Origin: a virus
Lineage: Duplodnaviria; Caudoviricetes
Reading direction: 5' to 3' (one strand)
Length of the DNA stretch: 64,000 nt
IMG/VR virus record: IMGVR_UViG_3300032312_001355
Span: 8,929 to 72,928 of that record
The notes beneath the pieces are model-generated. The model made no database searches. It was given only the letters and a program-made list of their open reading frames with translations, and was not told the origin of the DNA. A program made the position numbers and the translations under genes. The stretch's first letter is position 1; each line of letters opens with the position of its first letter. Below, piece after piece: positions 55,842 through 64,000 of this stretch.

Positions 55842-57088
55842 ATCGCTGAAATGTCCTTAATCGTAATGACTCCAAGCATTCCGCTATGAATCGAGCATTG
55901 ATACGCATAGTTTCCATTTATGTTTGCTGGTACTTGCCAGTATAAAGTTCCTGTTACCTTACCTTGAGCTGATGTACCTGTAGTAACTGTTCCATCAGTT
56001 GCCACATGTATGAGGCCAGTATCATAATTTGCTGAGCCACCTGCAGTCTTAATTAAGAAAGGATGCCCAGTCACTGCTAAATTAAAAGCAATTGTAGTTC
56101 CTGAAATTGCATAAATAGTAGGATTATTTCCAGTGTATTGATTATTAAAAAGATACGCTGTAGATCCACTATTGGTTACAGATAATCTAGTAATTGCAGG
56201 ATAAGCAACTTCATCAATAGTAATTGCAGCAGCAGTTGCGTCTGTTGTTCCACTGAATGTAGAAGATCCAGCAGTACCTGTAGCTCCTGTAGCTCCTGTA
56301 GCTCCTGTAGCTCCTGTAGCACCTGTTGGACCAGTGACAGTTGACGCATCACCCGTAGCACCAGTAGGTCCAGTAGGTCCAGAAGGACCAGTAGGTCCAG
56401 TAGGTCCACCAGAAGGACCAGTAGGTCCAGTTGCTCCCGCAGCTCCTGTAGGACCTGTAGGTCCACCCGAAGGGCCAGTAGGACCCGTAGGGCCAGTTAC
56501 TGTGCTAGCTGCTCCTGTGGGACCAGTTGGACCTATTGGACCCGTAGGACCAGTTGCCCCGTTACCTGCTCCAGAACCAACGGTTGCCCAACTAGATGTA
56601 GTTTTTACTTCTAAATTTTCAGTTTCTGTATTAAACCTTACATAACCAACCTCTGCAGAAGCAGGGCGCTGTCCAGTAGTTCCAGATTCTAGATATATGG
56701 TGTTGTTATCACCACGGATGACTTTATTTGTAAAAGTTTGAGCAATATTTTCTGGTTGAGCAGAATCTTCTTGCGCTACACCATTAATGCTAAAAGATGT
56801 TTGTGCGAGAGTTGTTCTAACATATACAGAGTCTCCATTATTTAAAGCAAATCTAAATGTCTCAAAGGACTGTCCAACACCGATAGTTACGTTAAATGCT
56901 ATATAGGCATATTGAGCAGGTATTGTTGCATTAGCGGGTACTACCCAAATACTTACTTTTGTTACAGGAGTAGCATTAATTGCTTTATTAGCAACTACAA
57001 CAGAAGCTAAATAATTTGCATTAGCATTAAAAAGAGCTATATCTGTATTGGCTGCAGGATTTACAAGTCCAAGTCTTAAAATTGGCAC
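55838..57088 (-). CDS. Collagen-like fibre protein 2 with C-terminal cupredoxin-like domain
   Basis: GPT repeats; NPTIY...GHPF (H342)...YQCSIHSGM (C398, H401, M404). Confidence 0.8.
   Translation of the reverse strand: MPILRLGLVNPAANTDIALFNANANYLASVVVANKAINATPVTKVSIWVVPANATIPAQYAYIAFNVTIGVGQSFETFRFALNNGDSVYVRTTLAQTSFSINGVAQEDSAQPENIAQTFTNKVIRGDNNTIYLESGTTGQRPASAEVGYVRFNTETENLEVKTTSSWATVGSGAGNGATGPTGPIGPTGPTGAASTVTGPTGPTGPSGGPTGPTGAAGATGPTGPSGGPTGPTGPSGPTGPTGATGDASTVTGPTGATGATGATGATGATGTAGSSTFSGTTDATAAAITIDEVAYPAITRLSVTNSGSTAYLFNNQYTGNNPTIYAISGTTIAFNLAVTGHPFLIKTAGGSANYDTGLIHVATDGTVTTGTSAQGKVTGTLYWQVPANINGNYAYQCSIHSGMLGVITIKDISAI
56281..56316. repeat. Perfect 9-nt tandem repeat (TAGCTCCTG)x4 within the collagen gene
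   Basis: Encodes (Gly-Ala-Thr)4 with identical codons. Confidence 0.85.
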
Positions 57089-57097
57089 TTGAGCCTC

Positions 57098-60000
57098 CTA
57101 TGCCTGAGCTTCAGACCATGAAAGTTTGGCTGATGTTAGAGTAGATGATCCTGAAAGACGAGCTACTGCGATAGTAATAATATCAGGTCCATCAGGGAAA
57201 ATGCTGTCTCCACCAAGGATTGAGTTAGACATTTCAAACAGACTTGCTACGTTTGCAACTGTAGTTCCTACAGCTCCACGGAAGTTATAAATCTGAACTC
57301 CACCAGAAACAGTGTCTGCTGCGGTATGTTCAACAACCTGTGTAAGAGAAGGTGAGTCAACACCGACAAAGTTCAAGTTGTTAAGACGTGGATTAAGGAG
57401 AACTTTAACGTCAACAAGTTGATCAGATGAGATACCAACTTCAGATAGACGCAACTGCATGCGGTTGATAACATCTCGATCACCAAGCTTACCAGTTAAA
57501 CCTTCAGATACAGATGGGCTCAAGCGGAGTGAGATTAGCGGCTGATAGTTTGGACCAGAGGTGTTGTTAAGTGAACCGTCTGGGTATAGGAAGTATGTAA
57601 ACTGAGTATTTCCTTGACCAGTAAAGTCAATAACTTCAGAGATAATAGATCCAGATTCAGCTAAAATTGTTTGGTTAGTACCTACTGATGGATATGTAAA
57701 AGTAGTAGATCCAGTTACAGTAATTGTAAAGGCTCCATTTGCAACTCCAGTTGGAGAAGTTGCTGGCTGGTTCATATTTAAAGTCGTGTTCGCTACTCCA
57801 TAAACACCAACATACATACCAGTTGTTAAATTATGAGGTGCTGTAGTAGTAACTGTCATAACGTTAGAGCTTCTGGCAAATGATGCACCAGTGCTAATTG
57901 TTGCTGATAAAGGTGCTAGATGTAGCAAGTTTGCAGAGTTTACAATAGTCTTGTAGCGAGCTCCATTTGTTAGATTTGCAAAGGTGTTAGATCCTACAAC
58001 TCTAGTTGGAGGGTTCTGTGCATTTGCTCCTCTTAAACCACTAGCTCCAATTGACTCGAACTGAAGAATATCTCCACTTCTAAATCCGTGAGTCTGTACT
58101 GTCATCAAATCATTTGTTAAGTTGATACCAGTAGACGCAAATGATTTAGCTGTAGTTCCTCGAATATCCAAAGTCTGGCTGTTCTGAGTAAAGAGGTATG
58201 CGTTATCGTCATCAAAACGACCATCCATCATTACTGAAGTACCCCAGTGGAATAGGGAAGGAATATAGGTTGGGTTGTTATAAGTTACAACTTCATAACG
58301 AGCTGGCATGTTACCAGAACGTAAGTATGACTCAAACAAGTTGTTATTGTGAACATACTCGTGAACATATTGAACCTGTCCGTCAGTTGTCTTAAAGCCA
58401 TAACGAATTTTACCTGCTCCGTACCAAGAATAGTCAATGTAAGCCATTTGAATTCTTGATAGATCAAGATTGTAGCCAGTCACACCAGTTCCATCGCAAG
58501 GGTCGATTGACCAATTTTCTTGAGGAGTTTTAGTGTCAACAGTTTTTGTCACAATAATTCCTGATTTAGCAGGTGTAAGTGAGTGAATTGTTGTAGTTCC
58601 AACACTTGAAAGGTTTACATCTTCATTAGCATCTGGAGAAGCCTTTAGTTTAAAAGTATTTCCATTGATAAGATTAATATAGTAAGTTCTACCGTTTACT
58701 AATCCGCCAATTGGCTCGCCGTCAATTGAGTTATACACGACTGGAAGCAAGTTACTAAAACCGTGTCCAACAATTGTAAAGACATCTGTTGAAGTATTTA
58801 CAACTGTTACTGGGTTAAATTCTTTTTCTGGTCCAGATGAACCCTTATATTCAGGACGAACTGACATACGAGTTTCTGAGTCAATCTGTGTTACACGATA
58901 GCTCTGACCACGCATAACAACAAAATCACCAACATCTAACTGAGCTTGGAAGCTTGTGCCAGTTCCAAAGATAACTTCGTTACCTTGTAGAGCAGCCGCA
59001 GTTCCACCTAATTGCTGAGTTGAAGAACGACGCACTGCATAAATTTTCTGTCCATCAAACTCGAAGAACATACCGTTCTGGAAGTCATACATACCAGTAC
59101 GGACAGCTCCGCCAGACCACTCGCGGACATAGAATTGAGGGAATCCATAAGCACGCTCTTCTGGGATACCACCAGCCTTACTAATTCTAAATGTAGTTAG
59201 GTCTACTACAGTTACTTGAAAAGTACCGTTGTATACAGTACTTGTGACACCAGCAGAATCTTTCGCTTCCCCAATAACTATAAACAAGTCGTTAATTAAG
59301 CCGTGAGGACGACGAGTTTTACATGTAATAGTAGTTGAGTTAAACTTAACCATACTTTCAAGATCAATTGATGGCTTAAAGTTAATACCACAAGAAGTCT
59401 GAAGACCTTTACCTGACTGATATCTAAAATACTTACGAGTCTGACGAACGATGGAACCCCAAGAGGTTCCACTTCCTACTGACATTTCAACTCCACCGTC
59501 AAACGGACGGTGCAAGCTATAGCCTTCAGGACGAACGTAGATAAAGGTTGGATATGAGTAAGACGCAGCTGTGTATGCAGCTGCATATGGACGATCTACA
59601 GAAATCTGTGTATCAGAACCAATAGCTGCGATACGACGAATAATTGGACCGACTGGTGTTGTACTTATAAGTGTAAATAGAGAGCCAGTTCCTGTTGTAC
59701 TAAAATCTGCTGGGCTTGTATTAGATGTTGCATCTGCTGCAGACCCGTGTAAAGAGATTTGAGTATCACTAATTCTACGAACAAAGTAGTAGTAACCATC
59801 AACTAATGGGCTAGGAGCTACTCCACCATTTGCTGAAAACTTAACTGTATCTCCAGTCACAAAGTTATGTGTGCGTGTGATGCGGTTAAGTGATGTATCA
59901 ACGTTTGCTGCAGAGAAATCTGTTTGATCTGCATATAATCTAAATGCTAAACCAGTGCCAGCTGCGGTTATATCTATAGTATTACTTCCTGCAACAGCAT

Positions 60001-63000
60001 CTGCTTCCGTTGGGTGCAGTGTTAAAGTTGTAGAACTTGCTCTACGAACAAAGTAAGAGTCGTTATTTGTTAGCCCCGTTGGAGAAGTTCCTCCACCATT
60101 GTTAAATATAACTTGAGTACCTGTAGAGAAATCATGTGCTTTAGTGATAACTTCGGTACTTGTGTTAATATCTGCTGCTGCAAATGTTATAGACAAGTTA
60201 ATAGTATTTGCACTTATTGTAAATGCGCTACCAGTACCAGCGGTTGTTATATCTATAGTATTAGTTCCAGCTACAGCATCTGCAAGAGTTGTATGTAATG
60301 CAATTGTAGATGAGGATGCTGCTCTAACAAAATAAGTAGTACCTTCAACTAAAGGTGCAGGAGCTGTTCCACCACCTGCAGAAAAGACAACTGCTTGTCC
60401 TGTAGGTAGAGTGTGAGACTTACCAATTAAATTCGTTGTTGTGTTCACATCTGCTGCTGCAAATGTTAAAGTTCCATGCTGCTTAATGGTGTTAGGTGGA
60501 AATAAACGGAATCTATCTCCCACTTTAAGGATCTTTGTAAACTGAGTACCAGTACCTGTAACAAGAACAGAACCCGAACCAATAGTAACCGAACCAGCTC
60601 CAGAGACGTTTCCATTGATCTGAGTAGAGGTAAATTTATGTCCAACACCTGTACCAAAATCAGCTAAAGCAATAACTACACCTGTTGCTGCATTTGCAGC
60701 AGAGGATGCAAGACGTAGGTAATCTTTATTAATAGCAACTACAAAATAATTTGTTAAATCTGTTAAACCAGAAATAACTGTTGCTGCATCACCCTTGTCA
60801 TACAAAACTTTTGTTCCAGTTATAAATCCATGAGAAGGGATGTATAAAGCGTTTTGAACAATGTCAATTGAAGTTCTTGGGTTAAATATTTTTTCAATTT
60901 GTGGAACTTGACCTCGTGCTGTAACTTTAAATGTGTTTGGAGCACCATTAGGCAAGTTTGTGATATTGTAAATACCATCTGGAGTCTTTGATAAAGACTG
61001 TAGACTATGACGGCCAACACCTGCTGGTGAGCTAGTTATATCTACTGCAGTTTCAGCAATAGCATTTTCTGGTGTGGTTGCAAGCTTAATATTGTCTCCA
61101 TCTACGAATATAATGTAGTAAGGAGTTGCAGTTGTTAGGCCATTAACAACTGTCTGACCTTTAGCATCATACAAAACCAATTCGCCTTGTAAGAATCCAT
61201 GCTTAGGTAAAGTAATTGTATTACTATCAAAATTAAGTGCAGTGATTAAAAGCTGCTGAGTTCCTGTTCCTGCTCCAGTAATATTAGCAAAAGTATTAAG
61301 GGCAGTTGTTGTAGCAAGTTTTACAATGCTATTGTCAACTTTTTTAATGTAATAAGTAGCATTATTAGTTAAACCTGGAATTGTAGTTCCACCGTTATTT
61401 GAATAACGAACAGTTTGACCGTCAACTAATCCATGGTTTGCAATATATAAACTGTCATCTATAATATTAACTGTTGCAAATATAAAGCTGTGTGATGTTC
61501 CAGTTCCTGCTGCAGTAAGATTAATATATGAAAGAGAGTCAAGGGCAAGCTTTAGTCTAATTCTATTTGCATCAATTACTTCTTGAACATAATATGTAGA
61601 TCCATTAACAAGTGGTGAGATTGCGGTGCCACCACCAGTGCTGTAAATCAGAGGCTGATCTACTTGAAAACCGTGGCTGCTAATTGTTAAAGTATCCTCA
61701 ACAATGTTGGCTACAACTCGACTAATAGTAGAGCTCGTTGATGTCTCTCTTGTAGAAGGAGTAGTTAAATTAATTGTTGTAAAAGTTGGGCTAGGAGTAG
61801 TGCTTAAACGATATGTAAAGTTGTTTACAGTATTTATATAATATGTAGCTGCATTTGTAAGACCTGCAGGTGCTGTACCATTAAAGTTCAAAACAACAGC
61901 TTCACCATTTACTAATCCATGAGCTGTAGGAGAATGAATTACGTCATTCTGTGAGTCAAGGTTAATAGGAACGAAAGCATGATATGAACTACCTGCTGCA
62001 GCAATAGAAATTTTATTTGTTCCTGCTTCTGAGTCAGCTGCAGTTGGATAAACTTCGTTACCAGTTGTAAATGTTGACACAATTGTCATTACAACGGAGC
62101 CTTCTCCACTATTATATCCAGCAAGGTTTGTAATAGCAACACCGTTGAAATTACTCTGTCCGTCAAATAAACCTGTAGATGTTGCTACGTTAGTTGCAGT
62201 TGTTGTAATAAATGAACCACCACCACCACCTGAGTGGTTTGGAGTTCCAGTACGAGCACCAGCACCTCCAGAATAGCCACCGCCACCACCAGACTGTCCA
62301 ATTAGATTTCCTTCAGACTGTCCACCGCCACCAAAACCACCGTATCCACCAATACGAGCATTTGTTCCCATGGTGAGTCCATCTAGGAATGAACCTCCAC
62401 CTAAATCATTTTGATAACCTGCTTGTCCACGAGAGTTAAATCCTCCACCAGCAGCAGAACCAGAGCTTCCTCCAGCAAAACCACCAAAGCCAGCACCACT
62501 ACCAGCAACAAGTGTTTGATTAGTAGGACGACCACCTAATTGAGTAAGTACACCATTTAAACCAGGACCAGAGTTGGACTCACCTGAACCTCCACCTGCA
62601 ATAAACAAAGGCTCTTGTCCAGTTTTACGAACAACAAACGTTCCTCCGCCAGATCCGCCCCATGTTGAACCTTGGCTAGGAGCAGCTCCTACTTGTCCAA
62701 CAGCAATAGTGATAATTTCACCCTTAGTAAGTTGAACTCTTCCCTTTACTATGGCTCCTAAACCAAATCCTCCACTGCCAGAACCGTTATATCCAGAAGC
62801 ACCATTAGCTGTGAACTCGTAGATACCAGAAACTGGAACTGTCCAATCTTGGTAACCTTGAAACGTACCTTGAGATATATATGTTTCATCCCAGTTGCCA
62901 TTTGCTGAAGTATTATATGCTGTACGCATTTGCGCTTGAGTAGGTCCTACTCGACCAGTTTGTCCACAAGTAGTGAAAGTATGAGTGTTAGAGGCAATTG

Positions 63001-63460
63001 TATAGAGCGCCTGTGCACCAGCAAAAGCAGATGCTGACACGTTCTTTAAAAAGTATGTATTACCAGATGTTAAACCTGTTAATGGAGTAGAGTTTGTATA
63101 ATACTTTACTGCTTGATTAGTACTAGTTGATGCGTCAATGTTTAAGATATTGTTGTAGACAGTAGGAGTATTTAAAGTTACAGAGCCAGCAACAGATCCT
63201 GTTACGTTAATGGCAACGCCGCCAGAAGTTGCAGAAAAAGCTAACCTATAAGAATCTAGAACTTTTGCAAAAACTAATCCGTTGTTGGTGTAGCCTGTCA
63301 GAGAACCAATTCCCTGACTATAGATGTATCCTCTTCCGTCTTGAATTCCACCAGGAATATTTCCTGCTTTAAAATAGATATACTCTTCTTCTAAATTCAC
63401 ATTTACTTTTCGAAATGTGTGAGTACCGACTCCACCGACGGACGTAAAATCTAAAGGCAT
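57098..63460 (-). CDS. Large (2120 aa) virion/tail-associated protein with Gly-rich domain, about 12 HG beta modules and a conserved W.IDPCDGTG...IDYSWYGAG core
   Basis: FTTCGQTGRVGPT...WTVP..G.Y...A.GASG and GGGG-rich segment; repeated HG..G..V...GL.NG.TYY modules. Confidence 0.75.
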   Translation of the reverse strand: MPLDFTSVGGVGTHTFRKVNVNLEEEYIYFKAGNIPGGIQDGRGYIYSQGIGSLTGYTNNGLVFAKVLDSYRLAFSATSGGVAINVTGSVAGSVTLNTPTVYNNILNIDASTSTNQAVKYYTNSTPLTGLTSGNTYFLKNVSASAFAGAQALYTIASNTHTFTTCGQTGRVGPTQAQMRTAYNTSANGNWDETYISQGTFQGYQDWTVPVSGIYEFTANGASGYNGSGSGGFGLGAIVKGRVQLTKGEIITIAVGQVGAAPSQGSTWGGSGGGTFVVRKTGQEPLFIAGGGSGESNSGPGLNGVLTQLGGRPTNQTLVAGSGAGFGGFAGGSSGSAAGGGFNSRGQAGYQNDLGGGSFLDGLTMGTNARIGGYGGFGGGGQSEGNLIGQSGGGGGYSGGAGARTGTPNHSGGGGGSFITTTATNVATSTGLFDGQSNFNGVAITNLAGYNSGEGSVVMTIVSTFTTGNEVYPTAADSEAGTNKISIAAAGSSYHAFVPINLDSQNDVIHSPTAHGLVNGEAVVLNFNGTAPAGLTNAATYYINTVNNFTYRLSTTPSPTFTTINLTTPSTRETSTSSTISRVVANIVEDTLTISSHGFQVDQPLIYSTGGGTAISPLVNGSTYYVQEVIDANRIRLKLALDSLSYINLTAAGTGTSHSFIFATVNIIDDSLYIANHGLVDGQTVRYSNNGGTTIPGLTNNATYYIKKVDNSIVKLATTTALNTFANITGAGTGTQQLLITALNFDSNTITLPKHGFLQGELVLYDAKGQTVVNGLTTATPYYIIFVDGDNIKLATTPENAIAETAVDITSSPAGVGRHSLQSLSKTPDGIYNITNLPNGAPNTFKVTARGQVPQIEKIFNPRTSIDIVQNALYIPSHGFITGTKVLYDKGDAATVISGLTDLTNYFVVAINKDYLRLASSAANAATGVVIALADFGTGVGHKFTSTQINGNVSGAGSVTIGSGSVLVTGTGTQFTKILKVGDRFRLFPPNTIKQHGTLTFAAADVNTTTNLIGKSHTLPTGQAVVFSAGGGTAPAPLVEGTTYFVRAASSSTIALHTTLADAVAGTNTIDITTAGTGSAFTISANTINLSITFAAADINTSTEVITKAHDFSTGTQVIFNNGGGTSPTGLTNNDSYFVRRASSTTLTLHPTEADAVAGSNTIDITAAGTGLAFRLYADQTDFSAANVDTSLNRITRTHNFVTGDTVKFSANGGVAPSPLVDGYYYFVRRISDTQISLHGSAADATSNTSPADFSTTGTGSLFTLISTTPVGPIIRRIAAIGSDTQISVDRPYAAAYTAASYSYPTFIYVRPEGYSLHRPFDGGVEMSVGSGTSWGSIVRQTRKYFRYQSGKGLQTSCGINFKPSIDLESMVKFNSTTITCKTRRPHGLINDLFIVIGEAKDSAGVTSTVYNGTFQVTVVDLTTFRISKAGGIPEERAYGFPQFYVREWSGGAVRTGMYDFQNGMFFEFDGQKIYAVRRSSTQQLGGTAAALQGNEVIFGTGTSFQAQLDVGDFVVMRGQSYRVTQIDSETRMSVRPEYKGSSGPEKEFNPVTVVNTSTDVFTIVGHGFSNLLPVVYNSIDGEPIGGLVNGRTYYINLINGNTFKLKASPDANEDVNLSSVGTTTIHSLTPAKSGIIVTKTVDTKTPQENWSIDPCDGTGVTGYNLDLSRIQMAYIDYSWYGAGKIRYGFKTTDGQVQYVHEYVHNNNLFESYLRSGNMPARYEVVTYNNPTYIPSLFHWGTSVMMDGRFDDDNAYLFTQNSQTLDIRGTTAKSFASTGINLTNDLMTVQTHGFRSGDILQFESIGASGLRGANAQNPPTRVVGSNTFANLTNGARYKTIVNSANLLHLAPLSATISTGASFARSSNVMTVTTTAPHNLTTGMYVGVYGVANTTLNMNQPATSPTGVANGAFTITVTGSTTFTYPSVGTNQTILAESGSIISEVIDFTGQGNTQFTYFLYPDGSLNNTSGPNYQPLISLRLSPSVSEGLTGKLGDRDVINRMQLRLSEVGISSDQLVDVKVLLNPRLNNLNFVGVDSPSLTQVVEHTAADTVSGGVQIYNFRGAVGTTVANVASLFEMSNSILGGDSIFPDGPDIITIAVARLSGSSTLTSAKLSWSEAQA

Positions 63461-63471
63461 CTATTTATCTC

Positions 63472-64000
63472 CTAGTTCCAACTAATGTTTCCAGAACCAC
63501 CTGTGATTCTAGTAACTTTATCTGATCCAACGGTGGTAGTTACTCCAGTTAAACCTGCACCTAATGTTATTGTTTGAGCGCTTGGGTATCTAAGAATAAT
63601 TACTCCGCTGCCACCATCTCCGCCAGTGTTGTCTGAAGACCAAGATCCACCACCACCGCCGCCGCCAGTGTTCGCACCACCATTACCGCCTTTTCGGTCA
63701 TCACCTTGAATACCAGATGCACCCGAATTTTGTGCAGAGCCTCCGCCTGAACCGCCACCTTCACCTGCGTTTGAAGAACCACCTCCACCACCGCCAAGAC
63801 CACCTGCGCCACCAAAACCAGAACCTACATAGCAGCCACCACCACCACCACCTGCGTAGTAGAGAGTTGACCCAGTAATGTCGCTCTGATATCCGTTTCC
63901 ACCAGAGCCGTTATTTCCTTGACCGTTAGAGCCGTTGTAAGAGTTAACGTTAATATCTGCTGCTGCAGCTCCAGCTCCACCGCCACCTGCACCACGGCAA
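63472..64000 (-). CDS. Glycine-rich virion protein (C-terminal fragment, starts beyond the window)
   Basis: Open frame ...GNGYQSDITGSTLYYAGGGG...GGDGGSGVIILRYP...SGNISWN* ending in TAG at 63472-63474. Confidence 0.8.
   Translation of the reverse strand, partial: CRGAGGGGAGAAAADINVNSYNGSNGQGNNGSGGNGYQSDITGSTLYYAGGGGGGCYVGSGFGGAGGLGGGGGGSSNAGEGGGSGGGSAQNSGASGIQGDDRKGGNGGANTGGGGGGGSWSSDNTGGDGGSGVIILRYPSAQTITLGAGLTGVTTTVGSDKVTRITGGSGNISWN

Noticed and set aside
54319-56645. Plus-strand GPV/APV collagen-like ORFs (54319-54816, 56334-56645) and other frames over the collagen genes
   Set aside because: Antisense or alternative-frame shadows of the GPT repeats
6203-63460. Stop-codon reassignment (alternative genetic code)
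   Set aside because: Very long ORFs are intact under the standard code, and TAA, TAG and TGA all act as coupled stops
52717-63460. Diversity-generating retroelement targeting the fibre genes
   Set aside because: No reverse transcriptase and no template/variable repeat pair with adenine-specific mismatches noticed in the window
63600-63815. 71-aa Val/Ala-rich ORF in the track
   Set aside because: Alternative frame of the real Gly-rich gene ending at 63472
1-64000. tRNA genes, integrase or attachment sites
   Set aside because: No cloverleaf with T-loop/CCA signature and no recombinase motifs found; intergenic gaps are short and otherwise explained

Overview
64 kb segment of a large lytic tailed dsDNA phage (siphovirus-type), most likely infecting low-GC freshwater Actinomycetota. 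Supporting features are two WhiB genes, a morphogenesis module resembling mycobacteriophage cluster B, and leaderless promoters. Layout from left to right: (1) two small leftward early-type genes, each with its own near-identical sigma70-type promoter, in a region enriched for an oriented TGCGGT motif; (2) a non-coding repeat plus A-tract region, a candidate origin or packaging site (about 1.28-1.62 kb); (3) a rightward head operon with portal, a Cys-rich minor head protein, a 3613-aa polyvalent protein (SH3-like repeats, DEDDh exonuclease, UvrD-like SF1 helicase, ArdC-like ssDNA-binding plus zincin, second zincin), a 1589-aa multidomain prohead protease, a scaffold-capsid fusion and a second capsid-associated protein; (4) a tail module whose tube, Dit and hub carry repeated HG-containing beta modules; (5) replication and recombination genes (PolA, RuvC-like, SNF2 helicase, PD-(D/E)xK exonuclease, AAA ATPase, SSB), a GT-B glycosyltransferase, a DUF6378-like gene and two WhiB genes; (6) a leftward block with a methyltransferase, a GT2-TPR glycosyltransferase, a beta-propeller protein, two GPT-collagen fibres (one ending in a cupredoxin-like His/Cys/His/Met site), an unannotated Met/His-rich membrane peptide and a 2120-aa virion protein. 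No terminase large subunit, integrase, tRNA or CRISPR array was seen. The most interesting candidate system is the giant helicase-nuclease-ArdC-protease protein in the head operon. Its N-terminus shares motifs with neighbouring head proteins and a recurring putative protease-cleavage motif, which suggests it is packaged and injected. All family assignments come from motif recognition by eye, not database searches.
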